IMG/VR virus record: IMGVR_UViG_3300042308_001511
Span: 186,001-250,000 of that record
Direction: 5' to 3' (one strand)
Length of the DNA stretch: 64,000 nucleotides
Position 1 is the stretch's first letter, and every line of letters starts with the position of its first letter. Position numbers and translations under genes: made by a program. The notes beneath the pieces are model-generated. The model did no database searches. It saw only the letters and a program-made list of their open reading frames with translations, and was not told the DNA's origin. This document shows positions 45,601 through 54,859 of the stretch, one piece after another.

Positions 45601-47807
45601 ATAAAAGACCTTTTCATTGCCGCCGGAATTCCGGGTTTTTTGTAAACACTATTCTTACAAGAACCATAAAGAAAAACATTTTGTAAGTGAGATTGAACGT
45701 CTAACTTCGACATTATATCGGATAGTAAATCCGATTTTTCTTTATCGGTTAGGTCTTTTTTATTTTTTGTTTTTGATTTTATGTATTCGGTAAAGTATTT
45801 CAAGAACTCGGTGGTGTCTGTTCCTTCAAACCTTGTGATTATTGGATCTCCCTCTAATGCATCTATATCTGTGTTTATTATGTTTTTATCACCCTTTTTG
45901 TATCTCTTTATGGAATAGTTATCACCAGGTTTTGTCTTACTCTGTGTTGTTATACCAAATGGACCTTCCCATACATATATTGGGTCACCAAGCGTAGGCC
46001 ATATATAATCATTACCACTGAACCTCCATTTACTGGATTTGTATATCCAATCTGCAACTTCGAATGGTGTGGTTGTACTTTGTGATAGTACACCATTTGT
46101 TGATATAGTCTTCAGTTTTTCCCTTGGGTTAAGTGGTGATCCATCTGATTTGAATATACCTAATATTATTTTCTTTGGTTTATATTTATCATACGGACTA
46201 ACAGGTTCCTCGTCTTCTTGTAAAGGCTCTGTTGGTGATTCACCTTCTGTGGGAAGGTAGATGTATTCGTATTTATACTCTACGGTAGGATCAAAATTAC
46301 CGGTTGAATACCTAACACTATTTATATTCCAATTGGCAACTAAATCACTCAATTTGGATGTTACATCAAGTACTTTTTTACGTTTTGGTGAAACTGTGGC
46401 ATTACCTTCTTTATCTACATCTATTCCTAACCCTTCTTTTGAAATCTTCTGTAATTCTGATAATGCTTTTTTGAATTCTAATCCTCCCTTAAATCCTATA
46501 GCTTTGGTTCCATTTGAGTTTCCGTCTTTAACCATTGGTTTTTCTGATTTAGAGGTTAGTGGATTTGTGGCGAGTATTGGCATTACCCTGGCTATTACAT
46601 CTTCTATTGAAACTATCGAATTTAGTATAGATTTCACTATCTCAACATATGGTTTTTGTGTTTCGAATATAGATTGTAATATAGTCTTCTCTACTGACTT
46701 TAGTCCCAAATCTTCAAATACGTAAGGTATCTTAACTTCTGGAAGTGGTATTCTAATCTTTCCAGATGCGTCTCTATATTTTCCTATGTCTGGCAACTCC
46801 ATATTGAACGCTTCACCCATCTTCTTTATTATCTTCTCATCAAATTTTTCAAATTTGGATAAATCAGGAGTTGGTATCTTCGTTAGTCGGTCAGCATTTA
46901 GATTGATATCAGACTTCAGTTTATTTGCTTTTGCTGCCAGTTCGTCTGCCTTAGTGGTTGTTTTACCTAAAAGGTTTCCTGCACTTCCTGCCAGTTCGTT
47001 TGCCTTTCCTGTCAGATTGTTCGCCATTCCGGTTGTTTTACCTAAAAGGTTTCCTGCACTTCCCGCCAGTTCGTTTGTTTTGTTTAAAAGATTTCCAGCA
47101 CTATCAACACCAGTATCCTTTAACGTATTTGCCTTACCTAATAAATCATTTGCGGTGCTTTTAGTTTTGTCAACTAATTTACCTGCAAGTCCTGTAGTTG
47201 GTACATTTTTTGGTACTTCACCGTTTAGTATTTGATTAGTTGTTTTTTGTTTATCTGATAAGTTATTACTTAATTGACTGGTGGCATTTCCAAGTTGATT
47301 TGTGGCATTACTTATTTGTCCAGTAATTTGTCCGGTAATTTGTCCGGCCGCTGCACCGATTTGTCCAGTAGCATTACTTATTTGACCTGTAATTTGTCCG
47401 GTAGCATTAGTGATTTGTCCAGTAGCATTACTTATTTGTCCAGTAATTTGTCCAGTGGTATCAGTGATTTGGTTTGTCAAACCATTCAGTTGGTCAGTTG
47501 GTATTTTTGGTGGTTTTGGTATCTCTATTGGTGGAACCTTTGGTATTGGTGGAATTGGTGGCACTGTTGGTAAAAGTGTTGCCAATGAATTTATTTGACT
47601 TTGTATGAAAGATTTAACAAACTTATCAGAGATTCCAACATCACCCTTTATGAATTTTGTTAGGAAGTCAGTGTTTGGGACAAGTAGAAGAGTCTCTGCA
47701 TCTACACCAATTGATTTGGAAATCTTACTCTTTATACCTGGAAGAGCAAGTGATACGTGAGAGGGTCCTTGTAAAATACTTTCTCTGTATAATGGCCAAA
47801 ATGACAT
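42639..47807 (-). CDS. Giant (1722 aa) probable virion/tail-associated protein with low-complexity repeats
   Basis: TGQI repeats, duplicated AGSAGNLLGKTT, Pro-rich (P/K)xI repeats, hydrophobic helices; TATATA box upstream. Confidence 0.8.
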   Translation of the reverse strand: MSFWPLYRESILQGPSHVSLALPGIKSKISKSIGVDAETLLLVPNTDFLTKFIKGDVGISDKFVKSFIQSQINSLATLLPTVPPIPPIPKVPPIEIPKPPKIPTDQLNGLTNQITDTTGQITGQISNATGQITNATGQITGQISNATGQIGAAAGQITGQITGQISNATNQLGNATSQLSNNLSDKQKTTNQILNGEVPKNVPTTGLAGKLVDKTKSTANDLLGKANTLKDTGVDSAGNLLNKTNELAGSAGNLLGKTTGMANNLTGKANELAGSAGNLLGKTTTKADELAAKANKLKSDINLNADRLTKIPTPDLSKFEKFDEKIIKKMGEAFNMELPDIGKYRDASGKIRIPLPEVKIPYVFEDLGLKSVEKTILQSIFETQKPYVEIVKSILNSIVSIEDVIARVMPILATNPLTSKSEKPMVKDGNSNGTKAIGFKGGLEFKKALSELQKISKEGLGIDVDKEGNATVSPKRKKVLDVTSKLSDLVANWNINSVRYSTGNFDPTVEYKYEYIYLPTEGESPTEPLQEDEEPVSPYDKYKPKKIILGIFKSDGSPLNPREKLKTISTNGVLSQSTTTPFEVADWIYKSSKWRFSGNDYIWPTLGDPIYVWEGPFGITTQSKTKPGDNYSIKRYKKGDKNIINTDIDALEGDPIITRFEGTDTTEFLKYFTEYIKSKTKNKKDLTDKEKSDLLSDIMSKLDVQSHLQNVFLYGSCKNSVYKKPGIPAAMKRSFMPFKVHNPDAKSDPDLEGDGMIWVDPESDYDLKIMRIDPSTLVNYIDAKGTPILSSNIKSFVKNIVVINLNNKEKFDIEVTKNGSTIANVKGVTEYSIENWNFENGSVNSTNKYEIKISSLEKKFTKVLGVDNLPDFGVSKTLTVNMNTETIKSSEKTIPLYSLKVTSSNSENGVVIYPDSIDNSALSTEDLLSKGRYGNGTPDDPMDLEILKRFSKTDLDTESYYVIEGFLIGEKKDADASGDNGSKWYRLPHAIGAFIPFLKFLIELGTKLFPNISKFLKLVKDPVSFIIDIVKEKLGEAFSILSEKAFEKFKSTKEIIDKKVDTLKKDMGNSEYVSKVKRNFNTSPLVNHVYVDRFNIKNPGEFKFLFDGVAMVPFEIFGKSIPFGVEFKMSNLIPKIPEVKVPDLPKVDIPKVDISKINIPDVKLSANVSLDKNGGINASVNGLPKSLPKMPDLPNIAIPNIGIPNITLPKVSSPFRLIKGKIGKAKFKGCGKTDVETKEKGLSNDDYLKELTNGSKVETQPTKKTTNSNTYQVSTIWYSTGQFVKGTDYTYTYITEDQAVALKEVDELINPGSTSTLIAPDSKIIPEKKDVSDEDVMLAKEKVENELKKDPDNEALRNKLKQIMDIIQKRLMNSQPVLKFVLGMVSSPLKIITCIVEWILDFFKSLTNPMTLPSKIIEFLSFKWIMKFFSPEGLLGAFGIKFDPSIAKEWATLSSMPNLNLPCVGGIPTGGLDIKIPKPEIKLPNVTMPKVGDLITVTGSVAADLVGDKVKIDIPKVDLKTPDINLKKSDIKIDIKPPEIKMNGGFPINKSNLLKNIKPHCGKFALPDNFPLADINKLISIAFLPSLPTYSSYDIRMNPLLPFDFLKPPLCLIEKLINAFIDFVWALLGIEVIIPAPHIKLCKEKSAAEKNRVSDGSLESDESDEGDVTEVTSTNPLAIQDAKNLFVYEVTLENGEKKVITDYAELKDFMSDNKDLYFDLQF

Positions 47808-47857
47808 ACCTTAATAACTTTCCCTTATATATAAAGGTAGTTCTTTACCCTCGATGT

Positions 47858-49231
47858 TTATTGTTCTGACCTTTTGGATACAATCTGGTTAAAGTTGTCT
47901 GCTAGATTGAATTTATATTTCGCACCTAATTTGCCGGACATTTCACCACCTGTAAACTTTATGGATACTAGAAGATCCATCAATTTTTCCTCTTCGATTT
48001 CTATTACTATCTTCATCGGAAAATCATTCATATCCTCATCCTCACTGACTTCAAATTTTACGTGGTAGTCAAATTTTAGTTCCATATCATCGTAGTTATT
48101 TCTGAAGAATGACCTAGCAGGAACCAAACTTAGTATACTTCCGTTATTATTGAGATACCAAACAGATCTTTCGGTACAACCGAGTTTCTCTACTGCCGCT
48201 TTGAAGAGTTTCATCTTTACAGTTCCTCCTGCAATTTTTAGGTTGTTGTCTTCTGTCAATTGTATATCTTCTGGGAACTCAGTCTTTATAGATGATGTGA
48301 ATATATTCTCGAGTATTTTACTATTGAGTAGAACTATTTTTGTCTCTGTCCATTCTTTTTTTACCCTTTCAGGATCCATAAAACACTCATCAATATTTTT
48401 CCATATCTCACTCATAAGGTCTGATAGCTTCAATATATTTTTGTCGAATTGTGGTATTAGTTCACCTAAATGTTTAAAATTTGGATCACCGTGTTTCACA
48501 TCAAAATACTCGAAATAGCCAATTGTTTCTATCCTTTCAGGTTGTATAAACTTCTCGATATGTCTTTGTATATCTTTGTTGGCATTTTCGTAGATTGTCT
48601 TAACCCATTCCTGTGTTAACTTGTTCCAGTGTTTCATATATGCTTCTGAAAAAAGCTTCTCGGTATTTTCTCCTATTAGCTCGTCAGCGAACGAGTTGAA
48701 ACTAGCACTTTTCTGTGTAGACAAACTTTTATTTAGAACAATAGACATTTGTCTATCATCATTCAACTCTATAACTAAGTCTTCGCTGTGTTCTTTGTCT
48801 TTGTTAGGACCGAGCCAATATACCTTTCTTATTATCTCCGGTGTCATTTTTTCTGTAGGTAATATCTTATCGATTATAGCTCTTGCACATACACGTGCAT
48901 TTGATAATTTGTCCCAGTCTTTTTCGATACTAAAATCAGTATTCTCGAATATACCACTGGTTTTTCCAATTTCGTTATCATCTACACATCTTTCACCTTC
49001 AAACTTCCCCAAACATAATCTATTTTTAGCAATAAGTAGGTTTTTAAGATCCGTTAAGAATATTCCTGAGTCTTCGGAATACCTCGCTTTTAGACCTCGG
49101 TCCAGTATATTATCCAGGAACTCGTTGTTTAGTAATACCATTGCGGTACATATTTCACTTACGAGATTCTTTCCGTTATACTCGTTAGATTTGGATTCTT
49201 TGAATAGTTTGTAGTTTCTTAACCACCTCAT
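47858..49231 (-). CDS. Hypothetical protein with CTS-like N-terminus
   Basis: MRWLRNYKLFKES; divergent from 49278 across a palindrome. Confidence 0.8.
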   Translation of the reverse strand: MRWLRNYKLFKESKSNEYNGKNLVSEICTAMVLLNNEFLDNILDRGLKARYSEDSGIFLTDLKNLLIAKNRLCLGKFEGERCVDDNEIGKTSGIFENTDFSIEKDWDKLSNARVCARAIIDKILPTEKMTPEIIRKVYWLGPNKDKEHSEDLVIELNDDRQMSIVLNKSLSTQKSASFNSFADELIGENTEKLFSEAYMKHWNKLTQEWVKTIYENANKDIQRHIEKFIQPERIETIGYFEYFDVKHGDPNFKHLGELIPQFDKNILKLSDLMSEIWKNIDECFMDPERVKKEWTETKIVLLNSKILENIFTSSIKTEFPEDIQLTEDNNLKIAGGTVKMKLFKAAVEKLGCTERSVWYLNNNGSILSLVPARSFFRNNYDDMELKFDYHVKFEVSEDEDMNDFPMKIVIEIEEEKLMDLLVSIKFTGGEMSGKLGAKYKFNLADNFNQIVSKRSEQ

Positions 49232-49245
49232 ATTAGAGATTACAT

Positions 49246-49263
49246 TTTTAATATATATTAAAA
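49246..49263. promoter_or_regulatory. 18-bp perfect palindrome, probable bidirectional late promoter
   Basis: TTTTAATATATATTAAAA between two divergent genes. Confidence 0.55.
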
Positions 49264-49277
49264 CTCTAAGCCCGTTT

Positions 49278-49928
49278 ATGCGTTACTTGAAAGATTATAA
49301 AGGTTATATGGAATCGTTGGTTATAAACCTTGCGACTGCACTCGATCTGATGGAGTCTCTAAACATATGGCATGATACTTTGTTAGATGCAATTGGGGCA
49401 CAGAAAGTAGATATATTCGACGTTCTGAGTCTTTCGAAAGATGATTACAGAAACGATAAATTGGACCTTGATTACTTATGTGGTGGTGGAGAAAAAGATC
49501 CAGATGAAAGGTTTGTAAACTCTCTTAGTAGTATAAAGATGAAAAAGTCTGAGGTTCAGAACACGGAAGATTATGAAACATTTTTGAACAAACCGTGTAA
49601 ATTTATGTTTATATACGGCGCAGAATCGAACGAGTTAGAGAATCCTATTTACCTAATGTTCCAGGTCTGGAATGAAACGGCGGATGAGTGGTCTCCTGCT
49701 GCTTTATATAAAGTGAATGGTGATGCTAAAAAGTTTTACGATAAACTTTCCTCTAAAACGATAGAGATTATTGATGGTGATGAGAACTATATATACACAA
49801 CATCTAATGGTAATGAATGGACTTTGAAGAATCCGAACAAAGAGAATGACTTTTGGAAAAAGGTTTTACGTAAAGAAGATTTACAGGCAGTTGTAAATGA
49901 TCGAAACGTTAGTATAACTATCATCTAA
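49278..49928 (+). CDS. Hypothetical protein with CTS-like N-terminus
   Basis: MRYLKDYKGYMES. Confidence 0.8.
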   Translation: MRYLKDYKGYMESLVINLATALDLMESLNIWHDTLLDAIGAQKVDIFDVLSLSKDDYRNDKLDLDYLCGGGEKDPDERFVNSLSSIKMKKSEVQNTEDYETFLNKPCKFMFIYGAESNELENPIYLMFQVWNETADEWSPAALYKVNGDAKKFYDKLSSKTIEIIDGDENYIYTTSNGNEWTLKNPNKENDFWKKVLRKEDLQAVVNDRNVSITII

Positions 49929-50527
49929 CTTATTTGTCTAGCAACATATCTGAGTATTATTTCATCCTTTATTCTTTGATCTTCACAATGATACCATACC
50001 CACGTATTTGTAGACTCAAGCATTCCAATTCTGTCTTTTATTTCGGATATTCTGATACGCATCATTTCTATCTCTTTTTCCGCCACATCATATTTTATAC
50101 CTAATTGATCACATATAGAGTATAATTCGATGGCTTCATTTCCATTGTAAGATATACCAGCTCTTACGTAAATATCATTCAATCTTGTATCGGTTGTTTT
50201 GTCTGGGTGTGTTATTTTAACTATTTCTCTGTATATCTTCTTTAGTGCTGGGTTTTCATCAATTGTTTTGGTTTCGTCCTCGATGTTCTCGGTATTCTGA
50301 TCTACATTTTGTTCAGTACTTTGTTGTACAGCCTTTTGTATCCTAGCATCCATAGTTTTATCATATTCCTTCTTTAGTTCGGGTTGTTGTTCTAAAAAAT
50401 CAGAGACTTCACGCATAAACCCACCGTCGGCTTCTTGTACAATCTCTGTTTTATAATCTAGGTCTATACGGAGGTATTCAAGCTCCTTTATTAGTTTTTT
50501 GACCTCCAGTTGTGTCAACTTGCTCAT
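49925..50527 (-). CDS. J-domain (DnaJ-like) co-chaperone
   Basis: LKKIYREIVKITHPDK with the HPD motif, flanked by coiled coils. Confidence 0.8.
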   Translation of the reverse strand: MSKLTQLEVKKLIKELEYLRIDLDYKTEIVQEADGGFMREVSDFLEQQPELKKEYDKTMDARIQKAVQQSTEQNVDQNTENIEDETKTIDENPALKKIYREIVKITHPDKTTDTRLNDIYVRAGISYNGNEAIELYSICDQLGIKYDVAEKEIEMMRIRISEIKDRIGMLESTNTWVWYHCEDQRIKDEIILRYVARQIS

Positions 50528-50575
50528 GTTTAACTTATATTTGTACTTTATATATAAACAAAGGTATTTCTAAAC

Positions 50576-50849
50576 ATGGATGTAGACAGTAAAAATGAGG
50601 ACAAATGTAAGAAAATATTTGAGCATTCTTGTGGTTCAGGGCACCTACAGGAAATGGTTTCTCTCAAAGAAGAGAAGCTTTGAGATACATTTTTACTATA
50701 CTCCTGTAAAAAAGAAGATAATTGACTATAAATCTGAGGGAGTTACATTATATATTTTGGGACTAGGTCAGATAATAGGTGATGATGTTTCTTCTATTCA
50801 GGTTTGGGCAGAGGAGAAAGGATATACAACTTCGCATATACTGAAATAA
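50576..50849 (+). CDS. Hypothetical protein, possibly made through a +1 frameshift at CTT-TGA
   Basis: ATG 50576 is open to CTT TGA (50678-50683); the +1 frame continues EIHFYYTP... to 50849. Alternative simple start at 50595. Confidence 0.55.
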
Positions 50850-50861
50850 ATATATAAGTGT

Positions 50862-51269
50862 ATGGAATATTTACTTGAATTCGGGCAGTTGTTTGAAGAC
50901 TCTGCAACAGGTGGTCCAGCTGGTGCTGTATCTGGTGGTGGTTATGTTAACTCACAACCAGCCTCTTTACCAGGCGTGACTACTAATCCTACCTATACTG
51001 CGACAGGTGGTACGGATGGTGACTACATATCAGTTCCTTATAACGCGGGTGGCAAACTTGCCAAATATGATGTTATGGGAAAAGGGCATGGTGCAATGAC
51101 TGGAAAGAAGTCTCGAACCAAAAGACTCGATATGAAAGCATTGAAAAATATTTTTGCAAAAAGACAGGATTATACTGCTGGTCAGGATGAAGTCAAAAAA
51201 CAAAGAGTTATGGACTTTGATGATTTCCAGAAGGCAGACCTTACACAGGTAAAAAGACAACAACAATAA
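50862..51269 (+). CDS. Hypothetical Gly-rich protein with CTS-like N-terminus
   Basis: MEYLLEFGQLFED followed by a Gly/Ala-rich segment; TATATAAG upstream. Confidence 0.75.
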   Translation: MEYLLEFGQLFEDSATGGPAGAVSGGGYVNSQPASLPGVTTNPTYTATGGTDGDYISVPYNAGGKLAKYDVMGKGHGAMTGKKSRTKRLDMKALKNIFAKRQDYTAGQDEVKKQRVMDFDDFQKADLTQVKRQQQ

Positions 51270-51817
51270 TGAAAAAATTGAAAAGATACGACGAGTTCCT
51301 TATAGAAGAAATTAACATCAAACAGGTATTATTGGGTGGTGCAATCACTGCTGGGTCTTTATTATCGAACCCGTCGTTGTCCTCAGAGCCGGTTAAGAAG
51401 GCACCAACAGATACTACTTATTCAACGGAAAAAAGTGGAGATTTAGAACTATTTGTGGATACATTGGAATCTGAAAACCCAGATATATTCACAAATGATT
51501 CACCAGTAGATGGACAAATGATAGAGTTCGGTCATTTTGAGAGGATAGAATACCTAATAAACAAAAAAGATGAATACGAACAAAGTATCGGTAGGAAAAT
51601 AGACCTAAATCTTCTTTCTGGATCAAATAGTAGAATTCCTTTTACTATAAACTATTTCTTTGTTAGAGGTCTCGATAATATAGATAAAGGTCCATTCCTA
51701 ATACAAATGTTGAGTTTGGATTACAACGCTATGATTAAGATGGGTAGACACGACATTATGTTCAACTTTACACGTGTACAGAATGTGAATACACTTGGTG
51801 TCAAGGTCAACTTCTAA
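51269..51817 (+). CDS. Hypothetical protein with CTS-like N-terminus followed by a hydrophobic segment
   Basis: MKKLKRYDEFLIEE, then VLLGGAITAGSLL. Confidence 0.75.
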   Translation: MKKLKRYDEFLIEEINIKQVLLGGAITAGSLLSNPSLSSEPVKKAPTDTTYSTEKSGDLELFVDTLESENPDIFTNDSPVDGQMIEFGHFERIEYLINKKDEYEQSIGRKIDLNLLSGSNSRIPFTINYFFVRGLDNIDKGPFLIQMLSLDYNAMIKMGRHDIMFNFTRVQNVNTLGVKVNF

Positions 51818-51845
51818 GTAATTTTTTTTATAACTAAAAAGACAA

Positions 51846-52451
51846 ATGATGTCACAATTCGACGAATACAGAACTACTAAAATACCAGTGGTGCCAATTC
51901 ATGATAAAAAAGAAAAACTTATTGTTCTTGGGAAATCTGGATCGGGGAAAGACTTTATGATAAGACAGATGTCTAAAAAGGGTCTACTTGCTGGTATTAA
52001 AACAACCAGTCGCCCACCGAGGAAAGGTGAGGTTCAATGGGAAACATATGAATTCGTTGCGGACTGGACTTTCAAAGAGATGATTGAAAACGATGAGTTT
52101 ATAGTTCGCCAGGATTTCCTTGTGACACCAGTGGATAGAGCACCAGAGACTTGGTATTATGGACTCACAAAGAAAGAGTTTGAAAGAGCCCAGGCATTTA
52201 TAATGACACCCGCAGAATTTCTGATGATTGATCCAGAGACACGTAAAGGTTGTTTTGTAGTTTATTTAGATATTGATCGTAGTGTAAGAGAAGATAGGGT
52301 TCTAAGAAGAAGAGATATGAACGATTCTATAAAACGTAGGATGGATGCCGACGATGAGGACTTCAAAGAATTCAATAAAAGTGGAGACTATGATTTAAGA
52401 GTTACTGATGAGGATTTCAACGCAGACGACGTCTGGGCTCTTATGATTTGA
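51846..52451 (+). CDS. Guanylate kinase-like protein
   Basis: GKSGSGKD P-loop, TTSRPPRKGE, YYG motif. Confidence 0.85.
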   Translation: MMSQFDEYRTTKIPVVPIHDKKEKLIVLGKSGSGKDFMIRQMSKKGLLAGIKTTSRPPRKGEVQWETYEFVADWTFKEMIENDEFIVRQDFLVTPVDRAPETWYYGLTKKEFERAQAFIMTPAEFLMIDPETRKGCFVVYLDIDRSVREDRVLRRRDMNDSIKRRMDADDEDFKEFNKSGDYDLRVTDEDFNADDVWALMI

Positions 52452-52508
52452 GTATAAATCTAATCGGGAGAGGTTATTTTTATATATAATCGAAAAATAA
52501 ACCTTTTC

Positions 52509-52844
52509 ATGAATCTCAAGTCCAACATAAACAAAATACATTCGGACCTTCTGATGTTAGAAGGAATAGGCGAGACGGTAAATATCGAAGAAAAGTCATC
52601 TTTTGAATTTGGTAACTACGTTGAAATATCGGCTATGTACCTTGGATTAACAGCAAAGATAGTTATAGAAAAATCTGAAATAGAGAGTAACCAATTCAGA
52701 TGGAGATATTATTCGAATCCTAAAAATGAATCCATTGGTTTGGTTGAAAGGATTTCTACAATTGAAGGTTTCGTTACGGATGTTATTGACATTTTTGAAA
52801 AAAGAAGGTTCGACTCCGACTACCTGACAGAAATAAAAGATTAA
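52509..52844 (+). CDS. Hypothetical protein
   Basis: 111-aa ORF upstream of the baseplate gene, after TATATAA. Confidence 0.75.
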   Translation: MNLKSNINKIHSDLLMLEGIGETVNIEEKSSFEFGNYVEISAMYLGLTAKIVIEKSEIESNQFRWRYYSNPKNESIGLVERISTIEGFVTDVIDIFEKRRFDSDYLTEIKD

Positions 52845-52848
52845 GGTA

Positions 52849-54540
52849 ATGGATTTTACTAGCTTCAGATTTTCTTACATAAAGGAAGAGATAGAGACTT
52901 TTCTTAAGAAAGAGTACAGTAAAGCGAGTCTGTTGTTCAGCAACGCTTCTCCTTATGGACAAATATTGTCTGTTTTGGAGAATCTACATCAACTTTCGTT
53001 TTTATACCTAAAGAATGCAATAAACTCATTCGATATGAGTTTGCCAAACTCTTTGAATAGACGAACTATAAGGAATGCCGCAATAAATGCGGGTCACATA
53101 CCGAGTAGGTCTATTAGTGCTACAGGTACACTTCAAATTAAGGTGAAACCTGCTGCAGATTTAGAGACAGAGATTAGAGATTCTCGAATTACAATATCAC
53201 CGAGACTTTTGATGCGTAATAAAACTAATGGACTTGTTTATTGTGCAGATATAGGTGCCTTACCTTTAACTTATAAAGTTACTAAGAGTACTTCTTTCTT
53301 TCTTCCGATAGTACAGGGTGAATGGAAATCGAAAAGCTATACTGGTGTGGGTGAACCAATACAGAGTTTTAGTGTTAGTGAAGTAGCCAAAGACATAGAG
53401 AACTTTCATGTTCAAGTTTTGGTAGACTATGAGAGTTGGGAGGTGAAACGTAGTATATATGATATGTACCAAGACGAGAAGGCAGTTGTTGTCAGGACTG
53501 GATATAATAATGGTATAGAGATAATATTCGGTAATGGATCTTTTGGTATGATGCCACCATTAGGATCTAATATAACAGTTAGATATATTTTGACTGATGG
53601 ATCTTTGGGTAATATATTTAGAAGAACTCCAAACGATTGGAGTATAATGGGTGATGTGACTGATGGATCTGGTTTTCCGATATCTTTTGATCGTATATTT
53701 GATGTTTACATCTACAACGATATAAACTTCGGTAGTGAAGGTGAGAGTCCTTCTTTCACACGTTCTCTCTTACCATTTGTAACTAATAATGCTGTTTTGG
53801 CGCTACCACAACACTTCACCTATGAGATAAAGAAATTGGGTATTTTTTCTTATGTTAGTGCTTATGAGAAATCTGGCACAATATACATTACGGTTACACC
53901 AAATGTAAACCTATTTAAAAATAAAAGTCAGAATTACTTTACGGTGGATCTCGGTGCTTTTGTTTTAGATTCGTATGAGAAGAAGAAGATAGACATATAC
54001 CTAAGATCCAATGGTCTTATAATGCTTACTAAAAAGTACATAATATCATCACCATCACTTTCGTTTTATTCGGTAAACATATTCATAATGACTTATTCGG
54101 ATGCCACAGACGATAGTGTTAATTCACAGATAATAAACTCTATATCTGGATACTTCTTCGATTTAACAAGGGTATCTAGGATACCAAAAGCAGATATTGT
54201 AAGATCTCTTTCGTTCATAAGTGATATACATTCAGTTGACATACAATTTGTTTGTAAAAAGAATGAAGATTATCACAAAGATCAAATTATGAAAATGGGT
54301 AAACAAATGAATAGTTTTGGTACTAATCCGAGTGGGCAACCATATGATCCAAATCAGATGGTTGGATTGGACCCAGTACTTGGTGATATACTTTTCGAAG
54401 AAAATGAGATTCCTGTTATGAGAGGAGGTTGGTATGATAGGAATGGTGCATTTTATAGTGATGATATAGAGTCTAACGGACTAAAAGCAGTTAATATCTT
54501 CAAACAGGGTGTTATAGATGCTAAAAAAAGACCTTCATAG
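52849..54540 (+). CDS. Baseplate wedge subunit (T4 gp6-like)
   Basis: N-terminal QILSVL...A..RR.I...A...GHIP.R..SA.G and IIFGNGSFGMMPP.GS.I.V.Y..TDGS.GN patterns typical of gp6-like proteins. Confidence 0.8.
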   Translation: MDFTSFRFSYIKEEIETFLKKEYSKASLLFSNASPYGQILSVLENLHQLSFLYLKNAINSFDMSLPNSLNRRTIRNAAINAGHIPSRSISATGTLQIKVKPAADLETEIRDSRITISPRLLMRNKTNGLVYCADIGALPLTYKVTKSTSFFLPIVQGEWKSKSYTGVGEPIQSFSVSEVAKDIENFHVQVLVDYESWEVKRSIYDMYQDEKAVVVRTGYNNGIEIIFGNGSFGMMPPLGSNITVRYILTDGSLGNIFRRTPNDWSIMGDVTDGSGFPISFDRIFDVYIYNDINFGSEGESPSFTRSLLPFVTNNAVLALPQHFTYEIKKLGIFSYVSAYEKSGTIYITVTPNVNLFKNKSQNYFTVDLGAFVLDSYEKKKIDIYLRSNGLIMLTKKYIISSPSLSFYSVNIFIMTYSDATDDSVNSQIINSISGYFFDLTRVSRIPKADIVRSLSFISDIHSVDIQFVCKKNEDYHKDQIMKMGKQMNSFGTNPSGQPYDPNQMVGLDPVLGDILFEENEIPVMRGGWYDRNGAFYSDDIESNGLKAVNIFKQGVIDAKKRPS

Positions 54541-54542
54541 AT

Positions 54543-54797
54543 ATGCTTTACGAGGAGAAAGATATACCTGAGATTCATTTTATGAAACACAGACACAACA
54601 ACGACAAAGATTTTCTTGATTATGAGAAGAACATACTCAGTAACAAATTATCACCTTATATATACAAAAACGATCTAATGAACTCATTTTTAACAATGTT
54701 ACAACCTTTGGTTGCTAAACTTTTCGATCAGATGAATGTCATTAAGAACTTCCAGAACTATATGGTTGATAAATATTACTACAAACATCCAAAATAA
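54543..54797 (+). CDS. Hypothetical protein (probable baseplate-associated)
   Basis: 84 aa, directly after the gp6-like gene. Confidence 0.7.
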   Translation: MLYEEKDIPEIHFMKHRHNNDKDFLDYEKNILSNKLSPYIYKNDLMNSFLTMLQPLVAKLFDQMNVIKNFQNYMVDKYYYKHPK

Positions 54798-54859
54798 CTA
54801 TAAATTTAAAAACCAAATTAGTAGTTTAATATATAAAAGAACAATAAAAGATAATTAGT

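Noticed and set aside
42980-47598. Long plus-strand ORFs opposite the 1722-aa gene (e.g. 43162-43917, 46261-46725)
   Set aside because: Antisense shadows caused by codon bias of the real minus-strand gene. The same applies to most short overlapping ORFs in the track.
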